Source: an uncultured Acidimicrobiaceae bacterium (GTDB taxonomy: Bacteria > Actinomycetota > Acidimicrobiia > Acidimicrobiales > Salinilacustritrichaceae). From it: a DNA stretch of 24,000 bases. The notes under the pieces are model-generated. The model made no database searches and had not been told where the DNA came from. It was given only the letters and a program-made list of their open reading frames with translations. Shown here piece after piece: positions 16,492-24,000 of this stretch. The position numbers and the translations under genes are program-made. How positions within the stretch are numbered: the first letter of the stretch is position 1; the number at the start of each line of letters is the position of its first letter. The stretch spans positions 362,641 to 386,640 of the forward strand of contig CAVVGJ010000022.1 in NCBI GenBank assembly GCA_963747745.1. The letters run 5' to 3'.

Positions 16492-18972
16492 ATGACCAGG
16501 GGCCAGCTGCGCGTCTACCTCGGTGCCGCACCGGGCGTCGGCAAGACCTACGCCATGCTGAACGAGGGACGCCGCCGCCGCGATCGTGGCACCGACATCG
16601 TGGTTGGCTACGTCGAAACCCACGACCGGGCCGTCACAGCCGAGCAGATCGCCGACCTCGAGATCGTTCCCCGGGTCACGCTCCCCTACCGCGGCTCCGT
16701 GTTCGAGGAGATGGACTTGGACGCAGTCCTCGCCCGCCAGCCCGAGGTGGCGCTCGTCGACGAGCTCGCCCACACCAACGTCCCCGGATCCCGGAACGAG
16801 AAGCGATGGCAGGACGTCCAAGAACTGCTCGACGCCGGAATCGACGTCATCTCCACCGTCAACGTGCAACACCTCGAGTCGCTCAACGACGTCGTCGAAG
16901 CGATCACCGGCATCAAGCAGCGCGAGACCGTTCCCGACGAGGTCGTCCGCGCCGCCGATCAGATCGAATTGGTCGACATGACTCCCGAGGCCCTCCGGCG
17001 GCGGATGGCACACGGCAACATCTACGCCGCCGACCGGGTCGACGCCGCCCTGGCCAGCTACTTCCGAGCGGGGAACCTCGGCGCGCTGCGGGAGCTCGCC
17101 CTGCTCTGGGTCGCCGACCAGGTCGACGAGGCGCTCCTGCGCTACCGCGACCAACACGGGATCGACCGGCCGTGGGAAGCCCGCGAACGGGTCGTCGTCG
17201 CCCTCACCGGCGCCCCGTCGGGTGAACAGCTCATCCGCCGGGCGGCACGCATGGCCCAACGCAGCCACGGTGATCTCCTCGGCATCCATGTCCGACCGGC
17301 TGACGGGCGCGCCGATGCGCCCGCCGAGCTGCTCGAACGCCACCGCCAACTCCTCGACGACCTCGGCGGCGCCTACCACGAGCTCGTCGCCGCCGACATC
17401 GTCAGCACGCTCTGCGACTTCGCCCGCCACGAGAACGCCACCCAACTCGTCCTCGGCGCCTCCCGCCGCAGCCGATGGTCGGAGGTGTCCCAAGGCTCGA
17501 TCATCAACCAGATCATCCGCCAGGCCGGACCCATCGACGTCCACGTGATCTCCACCGCCCCGGACACCGCAGCGCGGGCTCCGCGTGCGCGGTCCTCGTC
17601 GGCACCGGTCCTGGGTCGACGTCGGCGAGCGACGGGCTGGGTCGTCGCGACCGTCGGCACCGTGCTGCTCACGGTGCTGTTCGCCAACATCCGCTCGGCC
17701 TTCGGCCAGGGCAGCCACTTCCTGCTCTACCAAGCGGTCGTGATCATCGCCGCCGTGGTCGGGGGGGCCGCGCCCGCCGTCGCCGCCGCGCTGTTCGCGT
17801 CGGCTGCGCTCAACTGGTACTTCACGCCGCCCTTCCACACCTGGACCGTCGACGAACCGGAGAACGCCCTCGCCCTCGTCGTGTTCCTCATCGTGGGGGT
17901 ACTCGCCAGCCTGCTCGTCACCGCTCTCGCCCGCCAGACCGCCGATGCCCGCCGCGGCCGGGCCGAGGCCGAAGCACTCGCCCGCATCGCCGGAGGGCTC
18001 GTCACCGCCGACGATCCCCTTCCGCCCATGCTCGAACGGGTACGGACGCTCCTCGGCCTCGACGCCATCGCCGTCTACGGCCCCGACGGCACCGCCCTCG
18101 CCCACACCGGCGAGACCGTCGACCCGGCTGCCGACAGCACCATCGACCTGCCGGACGGCCGCCTGGCCATCCGGGGGGCCCTCGGCCCCGACGACAAGCT
18201 CGTACTGGAGGCGTTCACCGCCCAGCTCGCCACGGTCCTCGAGCGACGTCGCCTCCGCCAGGAAGCCGCCAATGCCGCCGCGCTGGCCGAGGCCGACAGC
18301 TTCCGTACCGCGCTTCTCCGGGCGGTGTCCCACGACCTTCGCACGCCTCTGGCATCGATCAAGGCCTCGGTCACGAGCCTTCTCCAACGCGACGTCGACT
18401 GGTCCCGGGCCGAGTCCGACGAGTTCCTCGCCACCATCGACGAGGAAGCGGACCGGCTCGACAACGTCATCGGGAACCTGCTCGACGCCAGCCGCCTCGA
18501 GGCCGGCGCGCTCCGACCCGCCATCGCCTCGGTCGCACTCGACGAGGTCGTCCCGAGTGCCCTGACGTCGGTGAGCGGGCTCTGTGCCGGCATCGACATC
18601 GACATCAGCCCCACCCTTCCCCTGGTCCTCGCCGACGCCGGGCTCCTCGAGCGGGCCATCGCCAACATCGCCGCCAACGCCGACCGCGCCGATCCCCGAG
18701 GAACGATCCGGATCGCGGCCAGCCAACTCGGCGACCACGTCGAGCTCCGGATCGTCGACCACGGCCCCGGCGTCCCCGCCCCCGAACGGACCACGATGTT
18801 CCAGCCGTTCCAGCGCCTCGGCGACACCACCAACGCCGACGGCGTCGGCCTCGGTCTCGCCGTTGCCAAAGGCATCATCGCCGCCATGGGAGGCGCCCTC
18901 GACGCCGAGGACACGCCCGGCGGTGGGCTCACCATGGTCATCACCCTGCCCGCGCAGAGCGATGCCTGCTGA
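16492..18972 (+). CDS. kdpD: Sensor histidine kinase KdpD
   Basis: 826 aa. KdpD N-domain with P-loop GAAPGVGKT, a Usp-like region, a DUF4118 membrane segment, a GAF-like linker, H-box SHDLRTPL (His codon 18331-18333) and HATPase G-boxes (DHGPGV, GVGLGLAV). Confidence 0.95.
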   Translation: MTRGQLRVYLGAAPGVGKTYAMLNEGRRRRDRGTDIVVGYVETHDRAVTAEQIADLEIVPRVTLPYRGSVFEEMDLDAVLARQPEVALVDELAHTNVPGSRNEKRWQDVQELLDAGIDVISTVNVQHLESLNDVVEAITGIKQRETVPDEVVRAADQIELVDMTPEALRRRMAHGNIYAADRVDAALASYFRAGNLGALRELALLWVADQVDEALLRYRDQHGIDRPWEARERVVVALTGAPSGEQLIRRAARMAQRSHGDLLGIHVRPADGRADAPAELLERHRQLLDDLGGAYHELVAADIVSTLCDFARHENATQLVLGASRRSRWSEVSQGSIINQIIRQAGPIDVHVISTAPDTAARAPRARSSSAPVLGRRRRATGWVVATVGTVLLTVLFANIRSAFGQGSHFLLYQAVVIIAAVVGGAAPAVAAALFASAALNWYFTPPFHTWTVDEPENALALVVFLIVGVLASLLVTALARQTADARRGRAEAEALARIAGGLVTADDPLPPMLERVRTLLGLDAIAVYGPDGTALAHTGETVDPAADSTIDLPDGRLAIRGALGPDDKLVLEAFTAQLATVLERRRLRQEAANAAALAEADSFRTALLRAVSHDLRTPLASIKASVTSLLQRDVDWSRAESDEFLATIDEEADRLDNVIGNLLDASRLEAGALRPAIASVALDEVVPSALTSVSGLCAGIDIDISPTLPLVLADAGLLERAIANIAANADRADPRGTIRIAASQLGDHVELRIVDHGPGVPAPERTTMFQPFQRLGDTTNADGVGLGLAVAKGIIAAMGGALDAEDTPGGGLTMVITLPAQSDAC

Positions 18973-19663
18973 GCCGGGCGTCCGGATCCTCGTCGTCGAC
19001 GACGAACCGCAGATCCGCCGCGCCCTCGCCACCAACCTCCGAGCCCGCGGCTACGTCGTCGATCTCGCCGAAACCGGTGAACAGGCCCTCATCGCGGCCG
19101 CCGACAAGCACCCGGACCTCGTGATCCTCGACCTCGGCCTACCCGGCATCGACGGCATCGACGTCGTCCGCGGGCTGCGAGGCTGGACCACCGTTCCCAT
19201 CATCGTGCTCTCGGTCCGCAACGCCGAAGCCGACAAGGTCGACGCTCTCGACGCCGGCGCCGACGACTACGTGACCAAACCGTTCGGGATGAACGAGCTC
19301 CTCGCCCGGATGCGCGCTGCGCTCAGACGCCACCAACCCGCCGATGAGGCGCCGGTCGTCGTCACGCCCGACTTCACCATCGACCTCACCGCCACCCGCA
19401 TCACACGGGATGGCGAGGAGGTGTCGCTCACCCCCACGGAGTGGCGCCTCGTCGAGGTCCTCGTCCGCAACGCGGGCAAGCTCATCACCCAACGACAACT
19501 CCTCCACGAAGTGTGGGGACCCTCCTACGACACCGAGGCCAACTACCTCCGCGTGCACTTCGCCAACATCCGCAAGAAGCTCGAGCCCGACCCCTCCCGA
19601 CCCCGTTACTTCATCACCGAAACCGGCATGGGCTACCGCCTCGAGATCCCCGACTTCAGCTGA
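18962..19663 (+). CDS. kdpE: Response regulator KdpE (OmpR/PhoB family)
   Basis: ATG 18962 lies within ORF 18584..19663 and overlaps the kdpD 3' end by 11 nt. Receiver domain (ILVVDDEP, DLVILDLGLPGIDG, VTKPF) plus a winged helix (LTPTEWRLVEVL..., YLRVHFANIRKKLE, GMGYRL). Confidence 0.95.
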   Translation: MPAEPGVRILVVDDEPQIRRALATNLRARGYVVDLAETGEQALIAAADKHPDLVILDLGLPGIDGIDVVRGLRGWTTVPIIVLSVRNAEADKVDALDAGADDYVTKPFGMNELLARMRAALRRHQPADEAPVVVTPDFTIDLTATRITRDGEEVSLTPTEWRLVEVLVRNAGKLITQRQLLHEVWGPSYDTEANYLRVHFANIRKKLEPDPSRPRYFITETGMGYRLEIPDFS

Positions 19664-19705
19664 CACGGGAACCCCCCCGAGGCAGCCAGCGGATGAGGCA
19701 CCCCG

Positions 19706-19870
19706 GTGGCGAGGATCGTCCGGGTGACGGCATCGGAGTTGCTCGAGGATCTGGAGAAGGAAGGTCTGCTCGCTCGGCCGACCTCCTTGCCGCGCCCACG
19801 AGCCGGTGACGTCCGTCGTGTCCGGGCGGAGCGTTCCGTTGCCGAGCTGGTGAGCAGCCAGCGCGACTGA
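19706..19870 (+). CDS. Short (54 aa) antitoxin-like ORF, probably the C-terminal remnant of a Phd/YefM-type VapB
   Basis: GTG 19706 to TGA 19868-19870, 1 nt before the VapC start. Product: (M)ARIVRVTASELLEDLEKEGLLARPTSLPRPRAGDVRRVRAERSVAELVSSQRD. An in-frame TGA at 19694-19696 blocks any N-terminal extension. It is below the ORF-track cutoff. Confidence 0.45.
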   Translation: MARIVRVTASELLEDLEKEGLLARPTSLPRPRAGDVRRVRAERSVAELVSSQRD

Positions 19871-19871
19871 C

Positions 19872-20300
19872 GTGCCTCTCGTCTACTTCGATGCCAGCGC
19901 GCTGGTGAAGCTCGTCATCGAGGAGGACGGCAGCGATGTGGCGGCACGACTCTGGGACGGGTGTGACGCAGCTCTCGCGAGTCGGCTCGCCTACGTCGAA
20001 GTATGCGCAGCTCTCGCCGGCTCTCACCGCAACGAAGACCTCTCCGAATCCGATCTCGAAACCGCACTCGCCGGTTTCAACACCTTCTGGGCTTCCATGC
20101 GTCCTCTCGAGCTCACCGGACGGGTCCAGCTCCGCGCCGGACTGATCGCTCGGGAACATTCGCTCCTTGGAGCCGACGCCATCCACCTCGCGAGCGCACT
20201 GGCCGTCGGCGATCCTCAGTTGGTCATGGCGGTGTGGGATCACCGACTCGCCGCGGGGGCCCGGGCAGCGGGGCTTGCCGTCAGTCCGGCGCCGGATTGA
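19872..20300 (+). CDS. vapC: PIN-domain ribonuclease toxin (VapC family)
   Basis: 142 aa. MPLVYFDASALVKL (first acidic residue), YVEVCAAL, GADAIHLASA and VWDHRL supply the conserved acidic PIN positions. GTG start at 19872. Confidence 0.85.
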   Translation: MPLVYFDASALVKLVIEEDGSDVAARLWDGCDAALASRLAYVEVCAALAGSHRNEDLSESDLETALAGFNTFWASMRPLELTGRVQLRAGLIAREHSLLGADAIHLASALAVGDPQLVMAVWDHRLAAGARAAGLAVSPAPD

Positions 20301-20306
20301 CCCCGA

Positions 20307-20321
20307 CCTCCCGCCGGGAGG
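20307..20321 (+). terminator. Possible short GC hairpin after vapC
   Basis: CCTCCCG-c-CGGGAGG begins 7 nt after the vapC stop. The effective stem is about 5-6 bp once a loop is allowed, and there is no U-tract. Confidence 0.2.
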
Positions 20322-20450
20322 GCTTCCGAAGAAGATCTGCAGCGGTCTCCGGGCGTTTCCGGACCGGCACGGCCATCATCGGTCACCAGGCTCGCCGAGA
20401 CCTGCGTGACTGACGTTGTGGGAGGGCACCTCGTCATCCGCTGGCGCGAC

Positions 20451-21145
20451 CTAGGCCCCCATGAGCGATCGACTCTGCGTGCGCGACACCGAGTGGCTCT
20501 TCATCACGCCATCAGCAGCTGAGCCGCCGGCAGGGGATCTGACGAAACGAACCATGGGCGTGGACCACGGCCAGGTCGTGGCAACAGCCCAGAGAATCCC
20601 GTCCGCACACACCGTGGACCGAACCGGGTCGCAATGGCGCTGGTACGGAACGCCGAGTTGGTCTTCACCTGCCGAGGTGGCCAGCGCCCGACACGAGATC
20701 GTCGCGCTGCCGCGCATCTGTAGAAGCTGCTGGACCAAGGGGACCGGTGTGCCGAAGCGCAAGCCGCGATCTGCGGCCTTCACGACGAACTGTTCATTGA
20801 AGAGATAGACGGCGTCGCCGAGCGCAGCCCGAGCGATCTGGACCATGAAGTCCGAGGTCAGGAACTGGCGGAGCGCGGCGCTGGAGTCGTAGCCGTGGAG
20901 GAAGTAGCGCCGCCCCCGGTGATCGAGGTCGACCGCGTCGAGTCCGAGACGATGCAGGACATGATCTCCAGCACCGCAAGAAACGACAACTCTTCGCGGA
21001 CTGAGGAGATGCAACCGGCGCGGATCCTGGTCGCGGTCCACCCCGCAGTCGAGCAGATCGCGCAGCTCGTCTCGGTCGACCCGACGGCCGGCCCGCTGGC
21101 CGCCTCATCTTCCTTCACGAAACGTGATATGTCGCCGCTGTTCAC
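20451..21145 (-). pseudogene. Frameshifted remnant of an oxygenase-like gene (tentatively phytanoyl-CoA dioxygenase/PhyH family)
   Basis: GTG 21143-21145 overlaps the hydrolase stop (GTGA) and opens frame A (MNSGDISRFVKEDE...), which dies at 20858. The sequence continues sensibly only in frame B (...VDRDELRDLLD...RYFLHGYDSSAALRQFLTSDFMVQIARAALGDAVYLFNEQFVVKAADRGLRFG...). Frame B has a TGA just upstream, near 21100. The PhyH-like call rests on this one segment. Confidence 0.3.
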
Positions 21146-22275
21146 GATGGGGTGGCGAGGGCGGCGCGGACGATGTCTTGTCCCCGGTTGTCTCCGAGAA
21201 GTCCGCCCTCCATCCGGTTCATGACGTAGGAGACAGTCGTTCTGCGGTCGACGTCAGCGACCGCGACGGACCCACCCCAGCCGCCCCAGTAGCAGACGCG
21301 GCGGTCTGGAAGGTACGGCGTCGACTCGGACGGGAGCCCGAAGCCGAGACCGAATCGAAGCGGCGCCCCGAGGACAAGATCGGATCCGTCGGACTGGACC
21401 TCGAAGATCCGCGCGATCGTCCTCGGCGACAACAGATCAACGCCATCGAGCGTCCCGTCGTTGGCGATCACGGCGAGAGCTCGGGCGACGGCTCGCGCAT
21501 TTCCATGACCGTTGGCCGCTCCGATCTCCGCGCGCCGCCACGCTTCGGTGTTGGCGACCTGGGCCTCAGGAGCGGGGCCGGTGAAGGTCTTGAACATCAC
21601 GCTGTCCGGGTCGAGAGCATCCATGTCGATCGGGAGCGGAGGCGGCGGGATGACGTCGCTGACTCGATGGTCGTCGCCAGCATCGAGTCCGATGTGGAAG
21701 TCGACACCGAGCGGCTCGGCGATCTCGGACGCGAAGAACTGCCCGAGCGATGCGCCCGTCACACGTCGGACCACCTCACCGACCAGGTGACCTTGATTGA
21801 GCGCGTGATAACCGGATGCGGATCCCGGTTCCCACCACGGTGCCTGGCCAGCGAGTCGGGCCACTGCGGCCTCGTGGTCGTAGATGTCCTCGACGGTGAT
21901 CGGCTGTTCCCACCCCGACACGCCGGATGTGTGGCTGAGAAGGTGGCGGACCAGTACCGACTCCTTGCCTGCCGCCGCGAACTCCGGCCAATAGTGACTG
22001 ACCGGAGCGTCGGGGTCGATCAGATCTCGCTCGATGCAAACGAGGGCGGCGAGTGCGGTCATCGTCTTTGTCGTCGACCACACGTTGGTGATCGTGTCCA
22101 TCGCCCACGGCTTCGTGCGGTCGACGTCTGCCCATCCTCCCCACACGTCGACCACGGTCTCGCCCTCCACAGTGACGGCGACGGAGGCGCCGACGTCGCT
22201 GCCGTCGGCGATCGACGCCTCGAGCATCTCGGCCAGCTTTTCGTAGCCATCGCCGGCTATCCCCTCGACCCTCAT
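21142..22275 (-). CDS. Serine hydrolase, beta-lactamase/esterase (class C-like, EstB-type) family
   Basis: ATG 22273-22275 is preceded by GGAGG (complement of 22283-22287). 377 aa. Nucleophile motif SxxK = STTK (VWSTTKTMTALAA), YHALNQG, and a C-terminal GGWGGS (KTG-box equivalent). The upstream part of ORF 21142..22494 is discounted. Confidence 0.9.
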   Translation of the reverse strand: MRVEGIAGDGYEKLAEMLEASIADGSDVGASVAVTVEGETVVDVWGGWADVDRTKPWAMDTITNVWSTTKTMTALAALVCIERDLIDPDAPVSHYWPEFAAAGKESVLVRHLLSHTSGVSGWEQPITVEDIYDHEAAVARLAGQAPWWEPGSASGYHALNQGHLVGEVVRRVTGASLGQFFASEIAEPLGVDFHIGLDAGDDHRVSDVIPPPPLPIDMDALDPDSVMFKTFTGPAPEAQVANTEAWRRAEIGAANGHGNARAVARALAVIANDGTLDGVDLLSPRTIARIFEVQSDGSDLVLGAPLRFGLGFGLPSESTPYLPDRRVCYWGGWGGSVAVADVDRRTTVSYVMNRMEGGLLGDNRGQDIVRAALATPS

Positions 22276-22306
22276 GCTGAAACCTCCGCGCTCCGAGCGA
22301 AATATT

Positions 22307-22329
22307 GAGACGTTCCAATGTATCGTCTC
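22307..22329. promoter_or_regulatory. Inverted repeat in the hydrolase/regulator divergent intergenic region
   Basis: GAGACG (22307-22312), 11 nt, then CGTCTC (22324-22329), within the most AT-rich stretch of this segment (GAAATATTGAGACGTTCCAATGTATCGTCTC). It overlaps the possible ATG 22318 of the regulator. Confidence 0.3.
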
Positions 22330-22926
22330 GACGGCGGACGTTACCGTACGATCCCGGCCGTGACTGATGAAGTCGACCTCGTACGCATCGCACGCCGATT
22401 GTGGACCCGAGACCAGCGGTTCGACATGGAGGCCCTCGTGGACTGCTCGGGCCTGTCGCGAGCGACCGTTTACCGTCGGATCGGGAACAAACACAAGCTG
22501 CTCGGCGACGTGTTTTCGTCACTCATCACCGACACGGTCCAGACAGCGGACACAAGACGGCGGAGTCGTGGCCGCAGCCGCGTCCTCGGCGTCCTGCAGG
22601 ACTGCCTCGAGGCGATCGTCGCCAATCGCTCGTTCCACGACTTCCTGGTGCGGGATCCCCAGCTCGCGCTCCGGATCGTCGCGAGCCCCGAGTTCTCTCC
22701 GCAGGGCACGTCGATCGGATTGTTGGCCGCGCTGCTCGAACGGGAGCATCCGTACGGCGACTTCGTGCTCTCTGCCTCGGCGGCCCAGACCGCGACGGCG
22801 GCGATTCGTCTCTCCGAGGCATTCGTCTACTCCGACCTGCTGACCGGCGACGCACCGGACATCGACTCGGCCATGACGTTGATCGGACTACTGATCCCGG
22901 CTCCCAGGGTCGGTCGGCCTTCGTGA
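22318..22926 (+). CDS. TetR-like (QsdR-type) transcriptional regulator
   Basis: HTH: MEALVDCSGLSRATVYRRIGNKHKLLGDVF, followed by a helical C-terminal domain. The start is uncertain: ATG 22318 or in-frame GTG 22360. Confidence 0.65.
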   Translation: MYRLDGGRYRTIPAVTDEVDLVRIARRLWTRDQRFDMEALVDCSGLSRATVYRRIGNKHKLLGDVFSSLITDTVQTADTRRRSRGRSRVLGVLQDCLEAIVANRSFHDFLVRDPQLALRIVASPEFSPQGTSIGLLAALLEREHPYGDFVLSASAAQTATAAIRLSEAFVYSDLLTGDAPDIDSAMTLIGLLIPAPRVGRPS

Positions 22927-22996
22927 CGCCGATGGTCTCCGACCCGCGTCCGCGTTCGAGCATGAAAGACTGCGGCGACACGGAGAGGGAGGCAGT

Positions 22997-23221
22997 GTGC
23001 CGGTTTCGCTGTTCTCGCTGGCGGAGCGGGTCGCGTTGGTCACGGGCGGCAATGGCGGGCTCGGACTTGCGATGGCTCGAGGCTTGGCGGAGGCGGGCGC
23101 GCACGTCGCTGTGACTGGGCGCGACGAGACCAAGAACCTCCAAGCCGAGCGCGCGCTCGAGGGTCGGGGCATTGTTCTCCACGGTCGTTCCGCGACAAGG
23201 ACACCGAGCGGGTGTGGCTGA
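22997..23221 (+). pseudogene. N-terminal fragment of a short-chain dehydrogenase/reductase
   Basis: GTG 22997 follows GGAGAGGGAGG. AERVALVTGGNGGLGLAMARGLAEAGAHVAVTGRDETKN is a classic SDR Rossmann N-terminus. The frame degenerates after about aa 60 and stops at 23221. A shifted frame gives FRDKDTERVWLTIETT, then a stop. No NAG or YxxxK region exists downstream. Confidence 0.6.
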
Positions 23222-23343
23222 CGATCGAAACGACTTGACCAAGCGACCCAGCGAGCCGCCCTGCGCAAACTGCTCATTCTCGACGCTGCCGAGCAGATCG
23301 GTGATCTCCGGGCTCCGCCGGCTACGCGACGGCCTACCAGTGG

Positions 23344-24000
23344 TCATCCAGTCGGATCCAGCGAGCTCCTGGTGTCGTCATGGTTGGGCTCCGATTCGGT
23401 CGCGGCGTCGGAGCCTGACGCCACGGGCGGGTGGGTAGCTCGAGTGGTGTGGCGGTGGGCGTGGACGATGGCAGCGTCGAGGTCATCGAAGATGTGGTTC
23501 TGATGGGCGAGCTTGTCGAGGGCGCCGACGGATTCGAGGACGCGCAGGTGCCCGGGTCTGGGCCCTTTGAGCAGCACGGTGATGCCCTTGGCTTCGAGTT
23601 GTTCGATGATGTCGCCGAGCGCTTGGGCGCCGCTGGCGTCGAGCATGCGGAGCTCGGGGAGACGCAGGATGACGACGCGGACATCGCCGACGTCGGTGAG
23701 CTGGGTGAAGAACTGCTGGACCGCCCCGAAGAAGAGCGCGCCGTCGAGCCGGTAGGACACGATGTGGTCGTGGTGCAGGGCTCTCGAGGTCTCGGTGTCG
23801 AGCAGTGGGAGCTGCTCGGCCACGGGCACCGAGCTGTCGGCGAGTTGGCGCAGAGCGAGCATCGCGGCTGCGGCCATCCCGACCTCGACCGCCAGGATGA
23901 GATCGAACGCGACCGTGACGCACGCGGTGACGCACAGCACGGCGGCGTCGGATCGGGTGCTGCGCAGGATTCGGGCGACATTATGGCGTTCGACCATGCG
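23344..24000 (-). CDS. SulP family anion transporter, C-terminal part with STAS domain (5' end beyond the window)
   Basis: The frame is open to the window edge and stops at TGA (complement of 23344-23346). A last TM helix (AAVLCVTACVTVAFDLILAVEVGMAAAAMLAL) is followed by a STAS domain (IVSYRLDGALFFGAVQQF...VRVVILRLPELRMLDASGAQALGDIIEQLEAKGITVLLKGPRPG). Confidence 0.85.
   Translation of the reverse strand, partial: RMVERHNVARILRSTRSDAAVLCVTACVTVAFDLILAVEVGMAAAAMLALRQLADSSVPVAEQLPLLDTETSRALHHDHIVSYRLDGALFFGAVQQFFTQLTDVGDVRVVILRLPELRMLDASGAQALGDIIEQLEAKGITVLLKGPRPGHLRVLESVGALDKLAHQNHIFDDLDAAIVHAHRHTTRATHPPVASGSDAATESEPNHDDTRSSLDPTG

Noticed and set aside
16453-19035. 860-aa minus-strand ORF antisense to kdpD/kdpE. 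Similar cases: 13516..15912(-) antisense to kdpB, 4799..6139(-) antisense to cyp51, 2482..3666(-) antisense to the CYP123-like gene, and 8064..9770(+) out of frame over the 415-aa gene.
   Set aside because: Their products are Arg/Gly/Pro/Asp-rich and low in complexity, with no recognisable motifs, and they fully overlap genes with unmistakable family signatures. Long spurious ORFs in alternative frames are expected in high-GC DNA because stop codons are rare there.
19656-20243. 195-aa minus ORF overlapping vapC
   Set aside because: It is antisense to a PIN-domain gene with all catalytic residues and has no motifs of its own. It is a typical high-GC shadow ORF.
20300-23340. Impression that this segment is a lower-GC, horizontally acquired island
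   Set aside because: Spot counts of 60-nt lines were inconclusive. I counted 34/60 G+C at 22261-22320 (intergenic) and 36/60 at 22501-22560, but 40/60 at 21961-22020 and 42/60 at 20881-20940. Spot-checked lines in kdpA and the CYP123-like gene gave 40-41/60. No integrase, tRNA or flanking direct repeats were seen. A proper sliding-window GC and codon-usage analysis is needed.
22526-23347. 273-aa minus ORF whose ATG (23345-23347) overlaps the SulP stop (ATGA), suggesting a coupled downstream gene
   Set aside because: Beyond the first 40 or so codons it runs antisense through the SDR fragment and the TetR-like gene with Arg/Ser/Pro-rich content. The first 40 aa (MTTGRPSRSRRSPEITDLLGSVENEQFAQGG...) match nothing I recognise. 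It could be a remnant, but I cannot support it.

Overview
High-GC, actinobacterial-type chromosomal window; the organism cannot be named from the sequence alone, and all family calls rest on reading motifs by eye, not on searches. Order of content: (1) the 3' end of an endonuclease IV-like gene. (2) An MsbA-type ABC exporter (-), divergent from (3) an eight-gene operon (2180-9483, +) in which every stop/start junction overlaps: TetR, CYP123-like P450, SDR, CYP51 fused in frame to a 3Fe-4S-type ferredoxin, NTF2-like protein, HIBADH-like dehydrogenase, CMD-family protein, and a 415-aa uncharacterised protein with an internal domain duplication and a Cys/His cluster. (4) A minus-strand block: HicB-like protein, short SRPBCC/AHSA1 protein, ArsR regulator with a perfect palindromic operator, and a kinase-less DUF4118+GAF protein coupled to a 66-aa membrane protein. 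(5) A complete kdp locus (+): an unlisted 36-aa hydrophobic micropeptide, then kdpF-A-B-C-D-E, with direct repeats in the control region. (6) An intact VapC PIN toxin preceded by what looks like an N-terminally truncated antitoxin. (7) A partly decayed segment: frameshifted oxygenase-like remnant, serine hydrolase (beta-lactamase fold), TetR/QsdR-like regulator, SDR N-terminal fragment. (8) The 3' part of a SulP/STAS transporter running off the window. I found no rRNA, tRNA, CRISPR array or recognisable transposase. The best candidates for undescribed biology are the extended CYP51/CYP123 operon, especially its terminal 415-aa protein and the CYP51-ferredoxin fusion, and the accessory elements around kdp (micropeptide, kinase-less KdpD-like module).
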